Assembly: GCF_006345805.1 (NCBI RefSeq)
Contig: NC_043006.1
Location: 98,580,001-98,644,000, forward strand
Length of the DNA: 64,000 nucleotides
Origin: Octopus sinensis
Lineage: Eukaryota
Direction of reading: 5' to 3'
A program made the translations under genes and the position numbers. The notes beneath the pieces were generated by a model. The model was not told the DNA's origin. It saw only the letters and a list, made by a program, of their open reading frames with translations, and made no database searches. Below are positions 52,083 to 64,000 of the stretch, in pieces (the first letter of the stretch is position 1; each line of letters opens with the position of its first letter).

Positions 52083-52180
<98 letters not shown>

Positions 52181-55149
52181 ATATTTAAACCCTTTATCTG
52201 TTTACTTGATTTAGTGTCTGTATAAATATCAATATGAATATTTCAGCGTGCGAATGAGTGTGGCTTAATGTCCTGTTCTTTACCAATCAAGACTTATATA
52301 GCATTTCATTGTAGTTATGTAACTCTCCCCTTATGGTCCTTGAATGTGTTTATATTTTCTTGTCTCGTCTAATTTGTGTAACAATGCCGGTGCGTCTGTG
52401 CGTTTGATTTTAATTTAATTTGAATATGATTAATATTTCTTGTACGTTTGTAATGTATGCAAAGCACTAGTGATTGGTTTGCAGGAAAGTAAGCGTCATT
52501 AAGCGGGAGTTTATGGTTAAACTTATTGTATTCTTTATTGCATAGAGAATATTTAAGGATAAATTTGTAAACATCGCATTAAAGTTGTATATATTCTATA
52601 TACTGTATACATAAATTTATATTATATTTTGTTGATGAGTTTATTCTATTATCTCTAATGTGTGACTATATTTTATGCTATTTAATTTTCATCGATATGA
52701 AATCTAATGTGAAGTGCTAATGCTGTCCCTATTTTTGAGTTATGTCTAAGAGATTTCCGGTTTCGTGTACTGGGTGAGTTCAAACATCTCTTCCATCATT
52801 AATTATAAATTCATCACTTTTTCCAAGCTTATTTTAGTTGATGGTCGCTGGCCAATTGTATTGCTCTCCTTACAACTTTCTTACATAATTTTTAAAAGTC
52901 AGAGTGTAAACCTCATTCTAGCTGCCTGTGAACATATCTCACAGCGACTATCTAATTACTAGTTTAAATTTCATCTGAAATTTTCCTTCACAGATTCTAA
53001 AGTTACTAGTGCTTAGGAACGGATTAAATGTGAATGACATACTAATTAGTGGTCATAGTTACGTTTAGAATAATGCATCGGAAATTTATCCCAGTTCACG
53101 CAGCGCAAATTTCTCGAATGAAGTGGATTACTTAAAATCAGTAGGGCATCGTGTCTCTAACGCCTTGAGATATGTAAGCATGTGCTCCTCTTGAATATGC
53201 ACTCTGATTTTCTCCACTTGTCTTTTGAAATATTGATTTCTTTCATTTTCGGTTCCTCCTCAAGGAAATCTATTCGCTTTTTCACAGAAATGTAGTACTG
53301 CGATTGACAATGATGTATTGTTCCAAAGGTAATATCGATATTTCTCTGCTTATTTAGGATGCAATCTCGGCTGTTTGCTAGGCGGATACTCAGAAACATT
53401 CTTCATGTAACAAATTTTAAATGTAACATGTAGTCATTAAGAATTTATTTGCCTGGTGGGAACTTCGAAACTTACTGCTTCTAATAAATGTTGAATGCAT
53501 CATACTTTAATTATTTATTAGTGTGCACCCTATTTAGCATGGGCAGAGGGAAATCATTCGTAATATTGATAATGATAATACATAACTCAATCCCTAATCC
53601 CAAAACATCACAACCTATCTGAAGACGCGTTAAAGAACCCATTAAAGTGGATGTAAGATGAATTGCCACTAAACTAAATATAGCGTATAATATTCACCAA
53701 AATATTGTGGGTGTCGATTAAATTATGATCAACACTTTTATATATGGATGGGTACTCAGAAAACTTCTTTTGAAAGGTGATCATTACTGGATTACAAAGC
53801 TTCAGTATTAACTTTCTTTTACTATAACTCCCCATAAGAGAAGTTCTTGAGATTTCGTATACGAAACACCGAGTCCCGGCTCAACAATAATATTAAAAAG
53901 TATTTCTCTTTTTATAAGGCCAAGTGTTGCGAGTACTCTCCGTGCACGGCTGCGAAGATGACTTCAATGAAAATATCCACTTCATTTCTAATATCTTTGA
54001 AGCTGAACATCGCATTATATTCTCTAATTTAGTCCACGCCAGTTATAAGGGCATTACTATAATCAGACCTGAACGTGTTTCATGGTTTCAGTTTCCTCTT
54101 TCAAAACTGGTCCCCTCCCTAAAATGTTCGAGTCTTATGCTAAGTGTAGAAAAGGGTAGTTTTGATTTCAATATGTCCATACATAGTCTATGTGTGTTGT
54201 GAAAAAGATATTTTTCATATGTATAATTTTTTGATTGCTTTTGTATGTATTTGTGTTTTAGAATATTTCCTTTTCAATGTTGCTGACGTACAATTATTTT
54301 TGTGGTAGCTACAATTTTTCTAAGAAAACAATAAAATATTAAATGAGTAAGCATAATCATGCTTGATGTAATATGAATGAAAGAAAATTAATTCATCAAT
54401 TTTGGTAACAGTGAAATATCTAAACGTACCTTTCAATGGAGAGCAACAAGACAGGACGCTTTGTGGCAACTCCGAAATAATATTTGTTCAAAGATGGGTT
54501 CGAAAGTTTTCTTTGATGGTGCAGCAACTATGATCAATAAAATGCTGGTTTTCAGTAAAAAGAGTTGAGACTTACGTGTTACTCGGAGGTAAATAACAAC
54601 AGATAGAAAAGAAACTATTTACTCGATTAAAAGAAGTATTGAAGTGGGTTTGAATACTACAGAAAGCTGAGTTCAGAGCGCGAAGTGAAGTAACAGATAT
54701 ACATTTCAACTTTGAGGGTTGCAGAAAAATTCTCAGAATGCCCTGTTCCCGCCAGCTGGTAATTTAACGCTGCTAAAACAAGCCCAATGCAGGCAAGTTT
54801 CTCTGCTTAATTTCAGAGTAAAAAAACAAGATTTCCGCAGGTAACACACCATTGTCGTCACAAATGTAGTGGGTGATACACATAATTGTTCGATTACCGG
54901 CTGCACCATCCACACCATTCTCCACTTCTTGTGATATATAGTAGAGCATGTCATGAACAGATCTTTTTTCTGGTGGGTACCGGTCAATTTTTGTCAATCC
55001 AAAGCTTTTAAGAGAGTCCGCCATTGCTACCAAGGACTATACTAAGAGTAGCCAATTCGGAATTCTATCTCAGCAGTTGATTGCTAAATTGTACACTAGC
55101 ATCAGTTTGCTGATCAAATTAAACGATCAAATACCGATACCACATGGTA

Positions 55150-55720
55150 CCGAACTCTTGGTTGAGAAAGGTTGCTCATATTATTCGTCTTGAAGTTTGC
55201 TGTAGATGTGAGAAACTACGAAACCCATTTCGCCGCAGGTTTACCGAGTCTGCATACATAGATGATGCCACTGTCATGGTGCCAGGCACTTCGAATATAG
55301 AGGTAGTCCACAGGATGTTTAAAGAGTACCAGAATACATCTGTGGCCTCGCAACTCGTCACATGGAGAAGTAAGTGCATGTGAGCCATCAATAATTTGTG
55401 ATGGTGTGGTGAACTTCCCATTAAAGTAATTGTTATTTCGTTTTCACCTTATCTGCTAGTACATGAATTGGGAAAGTTTTTATGTTCAGTAGAAAGATTC
55501 ACCCAGAAGAGTCGAGCCATGGTAGATTTGTTCCTGGAATGTCGGCTACATTTGGATAATGTCTACATCATTTCGATCATGAGCTAATGCCTAAACGTCA
55601 CGACTCGTTCTAAAGAACATTTGGTTTGGCTGGAGCGGTTGTTTGCTTTTCTCTAAGTATCCACTAGGCAGGAAAGCTGTCTGCTTCCAACACCTACACG
55701 CTTGTTTTCTCGGAATGCTA
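55150..55720 (+). mobile_element. Old Tx1/L1-clade ORF2 relic related to the young copies at 6.6-17.9 kb
   Basis: ESAYIDDATVMV...SVASQLVTWRSKCM versus VSAYADDVTVIV...SVGLRLGTWRSKPM. Downstream NVYIISIM...LERLF...RKAVCFQH versus NTYIASVI...LQRILF...RRSICCQH. Confidence 0.7.
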
Positions 55721-55859
55721 TCGTTGAACATGCACAAGTACGCGCGGATACAGATGCACACGTAGAAATGTGTGACTAGCTGCGATGGAGATGAGAGAAA
55801 GGAAAATCTGTATCGTGCTCTATAAGTTGGAGGTTAGTGGCCAATACAAGAATTATCAG

Positions 55860-56002
55860 CATTGTTGTCTTCTTCGTCCTCATCGTCATCGTCATCATCA
55901 TCACCATCGTGAACGTCGTCGTCGCCGCCATCACCACCATCACCACACCACCAAAACCACCACCACCATTATGATCATGATCATCATGATCATGATCATC
56001 AC

Positions 56003-56043
<41 letters not shown>

Positions 56044-56070
56044 CCAACACCATCATAACAATTATTATTG
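55860..56070. repeat. (CAT/CGT/CAC)n trinucleotide low-complexity tract
   Basis: Directly visible. Confidence 0.9.
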
Positions 56071-57389
56071 TAAATTTATACATTTCATTATTGTTCTACT
56101 GCTGTTTGTTATTGATTATTGGTATTATCCTCGTTCTTATTGTACAGCAAGTCTCAAAATGAAGTCGATTTGTATATTATTAAGTCTACAACAATTCTTA
56201 CATGTTTCATTCGGGTACCGTTATGAAAAATTGTGTGATTATATAAGTAAATTGAAAATGAAACATATTACTTTCGTATTGTATATGACAAAACCCGACA
56301 AATTTAACAGCGTGAAGTATTACAACATACATTTCAGACATCAAATGTATGCTGCGATTCTGACGCTATAATTAGTTTCTTTAATTTGAGACATCATTAA
56401 CGGATAAATTATATACACAGACTAGATTCATAAGTTTATGATTCACTGTCAGAAGAGTACGTATTTTTATTACCATGTTTAAATTTACACATTTGTAAAT
56501 TTCGTCAAGCTTCCATAACTTAGAAAAATGTAGGCGTCTATGTTTAATTGTGAGCGTAATGTATGAAAAGAGTTCTACGTTCATACTATGAACCACACAC
56601 CAAGAATTTCCGTGTGTGTGGTGCAGGAGTGCACCATTAGTAAAGAAAATTATCCAAAATGCCATTGGTTTTCTGTCTGTAAAAATAAATACAATTCACA
56701 GTCAAACATATATAAGAATTTGGCACAACATTGTATTTTAGTGCAACCTCATAAAAGGGTATGCGTAGAGGTGTATTAACATGTTTGTATCCTAACCACT
56801 TTGATTTAGATTCATTCTCCATACGTGAGATGCCAGGTGCCTTCTTTATCTCCGAACCGATTGAAGCCTTGTCAGTAGATTTGATACACGGATATTGAAT
56901 GAAAGCACATTGCATAAGCATTTTTTTTATATGTGTGTCTATGTACGTGTGTCTTTGTGTTGGCCCACTCCACTACCTGACAACCGGTGTTACATTTTTA
57001 CGTCAGCGTTACTTTAGGTTTGGCAAGAAGGCGCGAGAATATAAGTGCAACGTTTAAAAAGCAAGTATTTAAAACGCAAGTCTTCCAATCCTGTCATGGC
57101 AATGCCCCTGAATTGTCACTGATATAATACAAACGATGATAAAAGACAAATATTATGCCATCAAACTGTTTCCCGCATTTTTAATTTGAAACAAATATGA
57201 AATTGATCGTATGTTTCCGAACAACTGTATTCCAAAAAAAAAACTGTTTTGGATAAACTGATATAAAACCGCCGACTTTTCAATCCGATCGTCAGTTCTT
57301 TTCACTATTTCATCAGAAGACAGACTATGAGAGAGAGAGGGAGGAAGGGAGAAGGAGAGAGAGAGGGAGAAGCAGAGAGAGAGAGAGAA

Positions 57390-57439
<50 letters not shown>

Positions 57440-57925
57440 CAATTAGGACTCAGAGTGATTCTTATTCTTTCAAAAATAGTTTTAAAACACTTACCTGCGT
57501 ATGACAGTAAAAGGATTTAGTTTTTTAATTGAAACAAAAAAGTTATTATTTAAAATATTCACATTCATTCTTTTTATGCGATTTATGAATTCAGATTCAT
57601 TGAATGGCATTAATGTTTACAAAGCCATTGGATATCCTGTTGAATATAATCTTAGATATGTCATCTTAAAAAGCTACCAAGAATGATGACAGGATTTCCA
57701 CAATATAGCACAGGGCTGTCCCCTTTAAGTAGTTCATAGTATCTGTATAGTTTGTGCTTGGGATATTTTAGTTCTGACTACGTTTGACTTTGCCTTCAAA
57801 TTTCTTGCCGCATAAATGTCTAAAAATATTTATAAACAAAAACAATTTTTGAGATTTTGTGATGTAATGAATACGTGTCTATGTATGTGTGTGTGTGTGT
57901 GTATGTATTTGTATATGTATGTATG

Positions 57926-58133
57926 TATAGGGATTGGACAAAATAATGGAAACACCTTAAAATTTCAAGCAAATTTATTATAATATGGGGTAGGACAGCT
58001 TTCGGCAGTAATTACAGCCTGAATTCTACGAGGTATGGACTCGTACACAGTTTGAATTGTTGCTAAAGGAATGTTTGTCCATTCTTCAGCTAAAACAGTC
58101 TCCAGTTCTTGTAATGATGATGGCGGAGGATAT
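57926..58133 (-). mobile_element. Tc1-like DNA transposon 3' end fragment (terminal repeat and transposase C-terminus)
   Basis: End sequence ta(t)agggattggacaaaataatggaaacacc. The minus strand reads YPPPSSLQELETVLAEEWTNIPLATIQTVYESIPRRIQAVITAESCPTPY. Confidence 0.8.
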
Positions 58134-59464
58134 CTAAAATGCACCTGAAAGACGACACTGGGGGAGGTACAAAGTGAAGTAACATTTCCTCATGCATCTC
58201 ATACCTATTCATTAAAACAAAGGTTTTTCGTTCCAAACTTAATTATCCTTGTCCCTTAAGCAGAATGTTAAGAGCATTGTTTATAGAGCTATCGGAAAGC
58301 TATAAGCATTACATTCAAGTATGTCGGATGTTGTAGCACAAAAATGTAATGATCTGATGATTTAAACCCAGACGCAGTGTCAATGATATACGCGCACTCA
58401 TATACACACAATGTATGTATTCATTTAAATATAGGTGTATAACGAACATGCCTAAATTTATATATTTAATAGAGTATACTAATGCAAATATATATAATTT
58501 ACATCATTGTGCACGTTGATTTAAATTCTAAGCCAGCAAATCAATTATACTAGATGCCTTTACAACAAAAAGTTTTTTCTTGGTACTTTGAATATCTATG
58601 AGGACTGGGAATATATGTATTATTAATGATATTTTCCCTATTCTCTAGAGCAATTATAAACTATAAATGTATTTCAATACTTCATTACAAGCATGGAATG
58701 AAAAAAAATCATATATTTGGCTACTGTAAACAATGTAAGCGTCGAGCCATCGTAAATGATGAATAGAAAATCGATTGATTGATATTATACAGGTATGACG
58801 GTATATCAAATATTGTGAGACATATATCAATGTGTTACTTGTCGGTAAACATATAATTGATAAAGGCTCGAAAAGAAGTAACATTTTCTGTAATTTAACG
58901 CATACAAAATATATATCAGCAAGAAAAATGTACAGATACATATATACACAAATATATAAACACACACACACACACACACACAGACATATGTATATGTGTG
59001 TGTGTGTATACATGTATATAAGTATGCGTACATATGTATATATATACATGTATATATGTAGATATGTGTGTGTGTATATATAGATGTATATATTTATACA
59101 TATATATTTGTATATGTATATATATATATATATATACATATATGTATATGTATGTATGAGTGACCACTTAGACTCATGTGCTAAAGACATAAACCCCAAA
59201 TTCTATATATTCCCCTTCTACCAATGTAAAGACGGGATCACCACACAGGAGAGAATTAACAAGGAGAATCTCTTTATTGAAAAATTCCAAACACAACTTA
59301 ATATGCAAACTCCTCGTTGATCGAATAAATATATATTTATATATTTTATCAATTTCTCATTTAATTAAAATTTTCTTTCATTTGAGCATCCTGCATTTAA
59401 AAAAAAAATTTTCCTTACTTATCATTTCTCCACGTGCGGTCAACACAACCCCACCATCTATTGA

Positions 59465-59505
<41 letters not shown>

Positions 59506-59578
59506 ATACACATTTATACATGTATATATATACACGTATATTTATATATATATATAAATATATAAATATAGGGTAAAT

Positions 59579-60634
59579 AATTATCAATTTAATAATTAAT
59601 AGATTTTACCAAGAATTTTCGGTATGGAAAAAAAACACTATCGGTAAAATCTTTTACAAAAAGTTTTTGTTTTTATATATATATAATTATAAATATAATT
59701 AAGGGTTTAGCAACAAGTTGCTCCACCACAAACCGAAACTTTAAAAACAGCAACCAAAAAGACTGCTGATTCTTTTCACTACAAATATGACTCCACAGAC
59801 AACAATATGTGTAACTCACATAGGCAAGAACAAAAATAACGAAACCAAACAGTCTTTGATTACTAATGGACACATTTCTGGATTAGAATTATACAAATTC
59901 ATTTCCTTTATCAACATAATATTTCGGGTATTATAAATTTGAAAATGTTAAAAAACCCTACCCTTTGCATCTTCGACCAAACGCCATCGAAACATAACAC
60001 AAGATAGTCAGCATATCCTAATTTATATAGACGAATGAATTCCTATATTCACTCCGAGATTACCATGTGCGTCACAAGATAGTACCGCAGAAAGAAAACT
60101 GCAGTTTGTTATCAGGAAGCGAAACGATCATTACAGATATAGAGTAAAGAATTATCAATTTAATAATAAATAGATTTTACCAAGTACTTTCGGTATGGAA
60201 AAAAAACATTATCGGTAATTCTTTTACAAAAGTGTTTTTATATAAAATTATAAATATAATTAAGGGTTTAGCAACAAGTTGCTCCACCACAAACCGAAAA
60301 TTTAGAAACAGCAGCCAAAAAGACTGCTGATTCTTTTCACTACAAATATGACTCCACAGACAAAATATGTGTAACTCACATAGGCAAGAACAAGAAGAAA
60401 TAACGAAATCAAACAGTCTTCGATTACTAATGGACGCTTTTCTGGATTAGAATTATACAAATTCATTTCCTTTATCAACATAATATTTCGAGAATTATGA
60501 ATTTTCATTTAGCCAATCTGAGTTACAAATACTGTTGTCTGTGGAGTCATATTTGCAATGAAAAGAATTAGCTGTCATTTTGGCTGCTGTTTGTAAGTTT
60601 TCGGTATGTGGTAAAGCAACTTGCTGCTAAACCC

Positions 60635-60640
<6 letters not shown>
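59579..60640. repeat. Direct repeat (~365 bp, period 571: 59579-59945 and 60150-60508) followed by an inverted partial third copy (~60519-60640)
   Basis: The block ttaagggtttagcaacaagttgc...atatgactccacagacaa occurs twice on + and once as its reverse complement. Confidence 0.88.
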
Positions 60641-60677
<37 letters not shown>

Positions 60678-60678
<1 letters not shown>

Positions 60679-60850
60679 CCTCTGTCTTTCCTTCTCGGGA
60701 TCTTTCCTTCTCCTTTGTTTCCGACGAAGAGCTCCGCTCGAAACGTTTAACCCTCCTTCTTCCCTTCTTTCTGAGCGTCCAATAAAACTTTATTTGTTCC
60801 ACGTCCTCGCGTTGCTGTGTTTTTTTTTGTGTTTTCTTGTTTGGATTAAC
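60678..60850 (+). mobile_element. Short pLTR-like non-coding element with minimal hammerhead-like motif and AATAAA, embedded in (TA)n
   Basis: GTTT CCGACGA A GAGC TCC GCTC GAAACGT T TAAC at 60717-60751; AATAAA at 60781. Confidence 0.6.
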
Positions 60851-60887
60851 TATATATATATATATATAATATATATAATATATATAT

Positions 60888-60952
<65 letters not shown>

Positions 60953-61151
60953 ATATATGTATGTATGTATGTATATATTTCTATTTCTGTGCATATGGTT
61001 CTTTTATTACGGTGCTGTAGTTTACAATACTGTAAATAATAATAATGGTATTTTTATATAAGCTTAATTTTATGGCGGTCAACCTGCAATGACAATAATC
61101 GAATAAATGGGCTGATATGGTATAATGTTTAAGCTTTTATAAAAATACCAT

Positions 61152-61243
<92 letters not shown>

Positions 61244-62602
61244 AGTGGAAATGGAAAGATCAGTCTTCTGAAACGAAAGTACTAGACGTAATTTCGAATG
61301 CAATGATGAGCTTAAACATCATAAGGACGACGAGATGGGTACAGGAAAATGTACTGGATCGTAGGTGGCGTGTTTCCAACGAAAATTAGGGAGCAAAGCC
61401 CGCCATAATAATAGAGGAAACAAAATAAAATTCACTGCAATTGTGGTTAGGTCGGTGTTTTGGGAAATCGGAATAGAATGTTTCTACGGCAGCAGTAACG
61501 TAACAAATATTTAAGCACTTTCCTCGTGCAGATAAAAACAGAGATTTACGTATGGTGAACAAGTGAAGAATGCTTCGCTAACAATGGACACCCTTTTAGA
61601 GATCTGCGCAACTACAGTCGTACGTGAATTTCCGTTCGTGAGTGTGTTCAGAGTATCATTTTAGTGTTTAATTATGTTATAAAAAGAAACGTATTGTTTG
61701 AATGATTACCTGTTGGTGTCATGTTCGTGATATTGAATGAGGTTTAAGCTAACATCATTTGCCTACGGCATCTTTCTTCATCGAATGAATATATGCTTGT
61801 TCAAACATATTTAATATATCGTAAATGATAATAATTCGCAGAATATGAAACCAAAAACAAAAATTAATAACCGTTGTGCTAAATGATCTCTAGTTAGACG
61901 AAGCTGCAAATTAATAAATAATCAAATTAAGAAACGATTTAATTAAATTATGATGGGAAATTGCAATTGCGTTATGTGGTATAAAATTGCCTACCATGAA
62001 CATCTATCCCTTAAATAGAAGGTTATTACAATTTATGGTAGTTTTCCAGACATAACATGATATAGAGTGGATTTGGCATCATTGAAGTACAGTTTTCTTT
62101 AAGTAATTACAGAAGTGATATAGGATGTCCAATCATCAAAAGATTTCAATTAAGCAGCAATCGAAGCAATATTGAAGTTACTAACATACTGAAACATTCA
62201 TATAAACAAGGGTAATGATATATATAACTCAACTTGTGTGCCTGTGAGTGTATCTATGTGTGTGTCTGTGTGTTTAACTTCCCGGCACAACCTCTCCTAG
62301 CCAACAAATCGTAGAAGCACAAAAAATGGGTCACTTAAGGTTTAGGGGAATGAAAATTGAACTGCGCTATTTCTGTTCCGAAATTCATCTCGCAAGTGCA
62401 AAAATCGATAATATGTTTAATTAGGCCTTATCCCATGCATTGAATAGTGAACTTTACTCAGTCAGCTGTATGACGTGAAGTGTGTTCACCACATGAGCAA
62501 CCATGCGTAAATTGCATGAAAAATAAAGAAAATTGTGATATAAAAACGAATCGCCGTAAACATTGTAGAAATTCGGCAAAAATGAATTTTCGGGATGTAG
62601 CC

Positions 62603-62619
62603 TGGAGGGTTTTTTCGTA

Positions 62620-62701
<82 letters not shown>

Positions 62702-62721
62702 TATCATCATATATATGTATG

Positions 62722-62753
<32 letters not shown>

Positions 62754-62835
62754 TATCATCATATATATGTATATATATATATATAATATATATATATATT
62801 ATATATATATATTATATATATATATATATATATGA
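62603..62835. repeat. (TA)n microsatellite with ATC interruptions
   Basis: Directly visible. Confidence 0.97.
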
Positions 62836-64000
62836 GAGTATGATAGAAGAAGGCTAACTCTTCCTTCCGTAGTAGAATAAATTCAAATCGGACCATGTTA
62901 GCAGCAAAAATTATTTACCTCAAAAAGGCGCCTTTTTTCTATGAAAATCCCTATTTTTTACGATGTTTTGACTGTTGTGTTGCCATTTTTCGGTGTATTT
63001 CACTTAAAGAGAATAACAAGCTACATACTGCCAAATTTTTACTTTTCAAAAATGTCAATTCTAAAGGGTCTAAACAAACCGCAACGCCGGGCGATACTGC
63101 TAGTGTGTGTTAAATAAAATGAGACAAGACCAAGTCTGTGTGGAATTTTCAGGACATTTATAAAGAGAAAGTTAGTCTGACAGCTGTTATTAGGGATCTC
63201 ATTTAATCAGACAATGTTATATGGTTAAATAGAGGGAAATATTAGAGTTCAGTATAAGGAGTTATTTTGGAAAAGGGAGAAAATAAGAGTATGTAGAAGT
63301 GGTAGAAATGCTTCTTGTCCGTGCTATGTAAATTCCAAATGGAGTTTATATTTTGTCATTAGAAATGGAAAGCGTGGAGACGCAGATTCCATGTGCTGTT
63401 CATTCAAAGGTGTCTTGTGAATGAAATTTTGAGAATGTAGTGGTTGTATTAAGTGGATAGAAAGGGGAGAAGAGATGCGTATGTTAAAATGATGACAGAT
63501 GTCAAAATGAGAAGGTGAGAAAAGAGGAAGGAAAAAAGGAGGAAGAGAAAATGAAAATAGAAAATATGAATAAATGAGTGAAAGAGAAGAAAGTGAAAAA
63601 GTAAAAAATGGAAAAGTGAAAATGTGAAAAAAGTGAAAAAAGGACTGTTAGTTGGTGGTGGTGATGTTATGAGGAGGGATGCGAGAGGAGTAGCAGAGGA
63701 GTAGGAAGAGATAAGGATGTAAGTAATGAACATCAGATACGATCAGCACAATATATGTCTAAAGAAGCAATTCAGGTGAAGTTAAAATCATGTCTATAAG
63801 CTAACACTAATAAGCCTCCTAAATATTCAAGGAAACTATATTTTCAAGATATGATCGCACCTCATATATAGATACATAGATGTGTATCTATTTATTTCTC
63901 TGCGGTCTGAGTTCAACTATCTTTGAGATGAATTTCTGCTTCATTTCTTGTAGTGTTAACTAAATATGGTACACGTTTAATTCTGAAATCAATCATGCTT

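Larger units (their letters stand above)
51244..52086. mobile_element. Hammerhead-containing retrozyme-like element: 429-bp terminally redundant unit plus inverted copy (arms 51309-51646 and 51749-52086)
   Basis: Direct repeat 51244-51320 / 51673-51749. The 338-bp inverted arms each carry an HHR. (TA)n tracts lie on both sides. Confidence 0.75.

Noticed and set aside
59579-60640. CRISPR or LTR-retrotransposon interpretation of the direct repeats
   Set aside because: Eukaryotic context, no TG..CA ends, PBS or PPT, and no repeat-spacer periodicity.

Overview
Gene-poor, AT-rich, microsatellite-dense eukaryotic DNA. The SINE and LINE repertoire suggests a coleoid cephalopod such as Octopus (inference). 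No host protein-coding exon could be supported; almost all recognisable coding sequence is transposon-derived. Main contents: (1) a decayed mariner (1-1223). (2) Two near-identical Tx1/L1-clade LINEs (6638-11524, 5'-truncated; ~11797-17883, apparently full length), each bounded by (ATCT)n tracts. (3) Four same-strand R4/Dong-type RLE LINE insertions in (TAA)n tracts (21.3-27.0 kb), one of them an internally deleted non-autonomous derivative. (4) Several tRNA-derived SINE families plus Tc1, RTE, Tx1 and RLE relics. (5) Most interesting: small non-coding elements beside (TA)n tracts that carry type I hammerhead ribozyme (HHR) motifs. Two loci (31747-32952, 51244-52086) are head-to-head inverted pairs with a complete HHR core in each arm. 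One of these also shows a 429-bp terminally redundant unit, as expected of a Penelope-dependent retrozyme or circular-RNA template. Two further degenerate HHR motifs are present (38832-38897, 60717-60751). All structures were read by eye; none is confirmed by folding software or database search.
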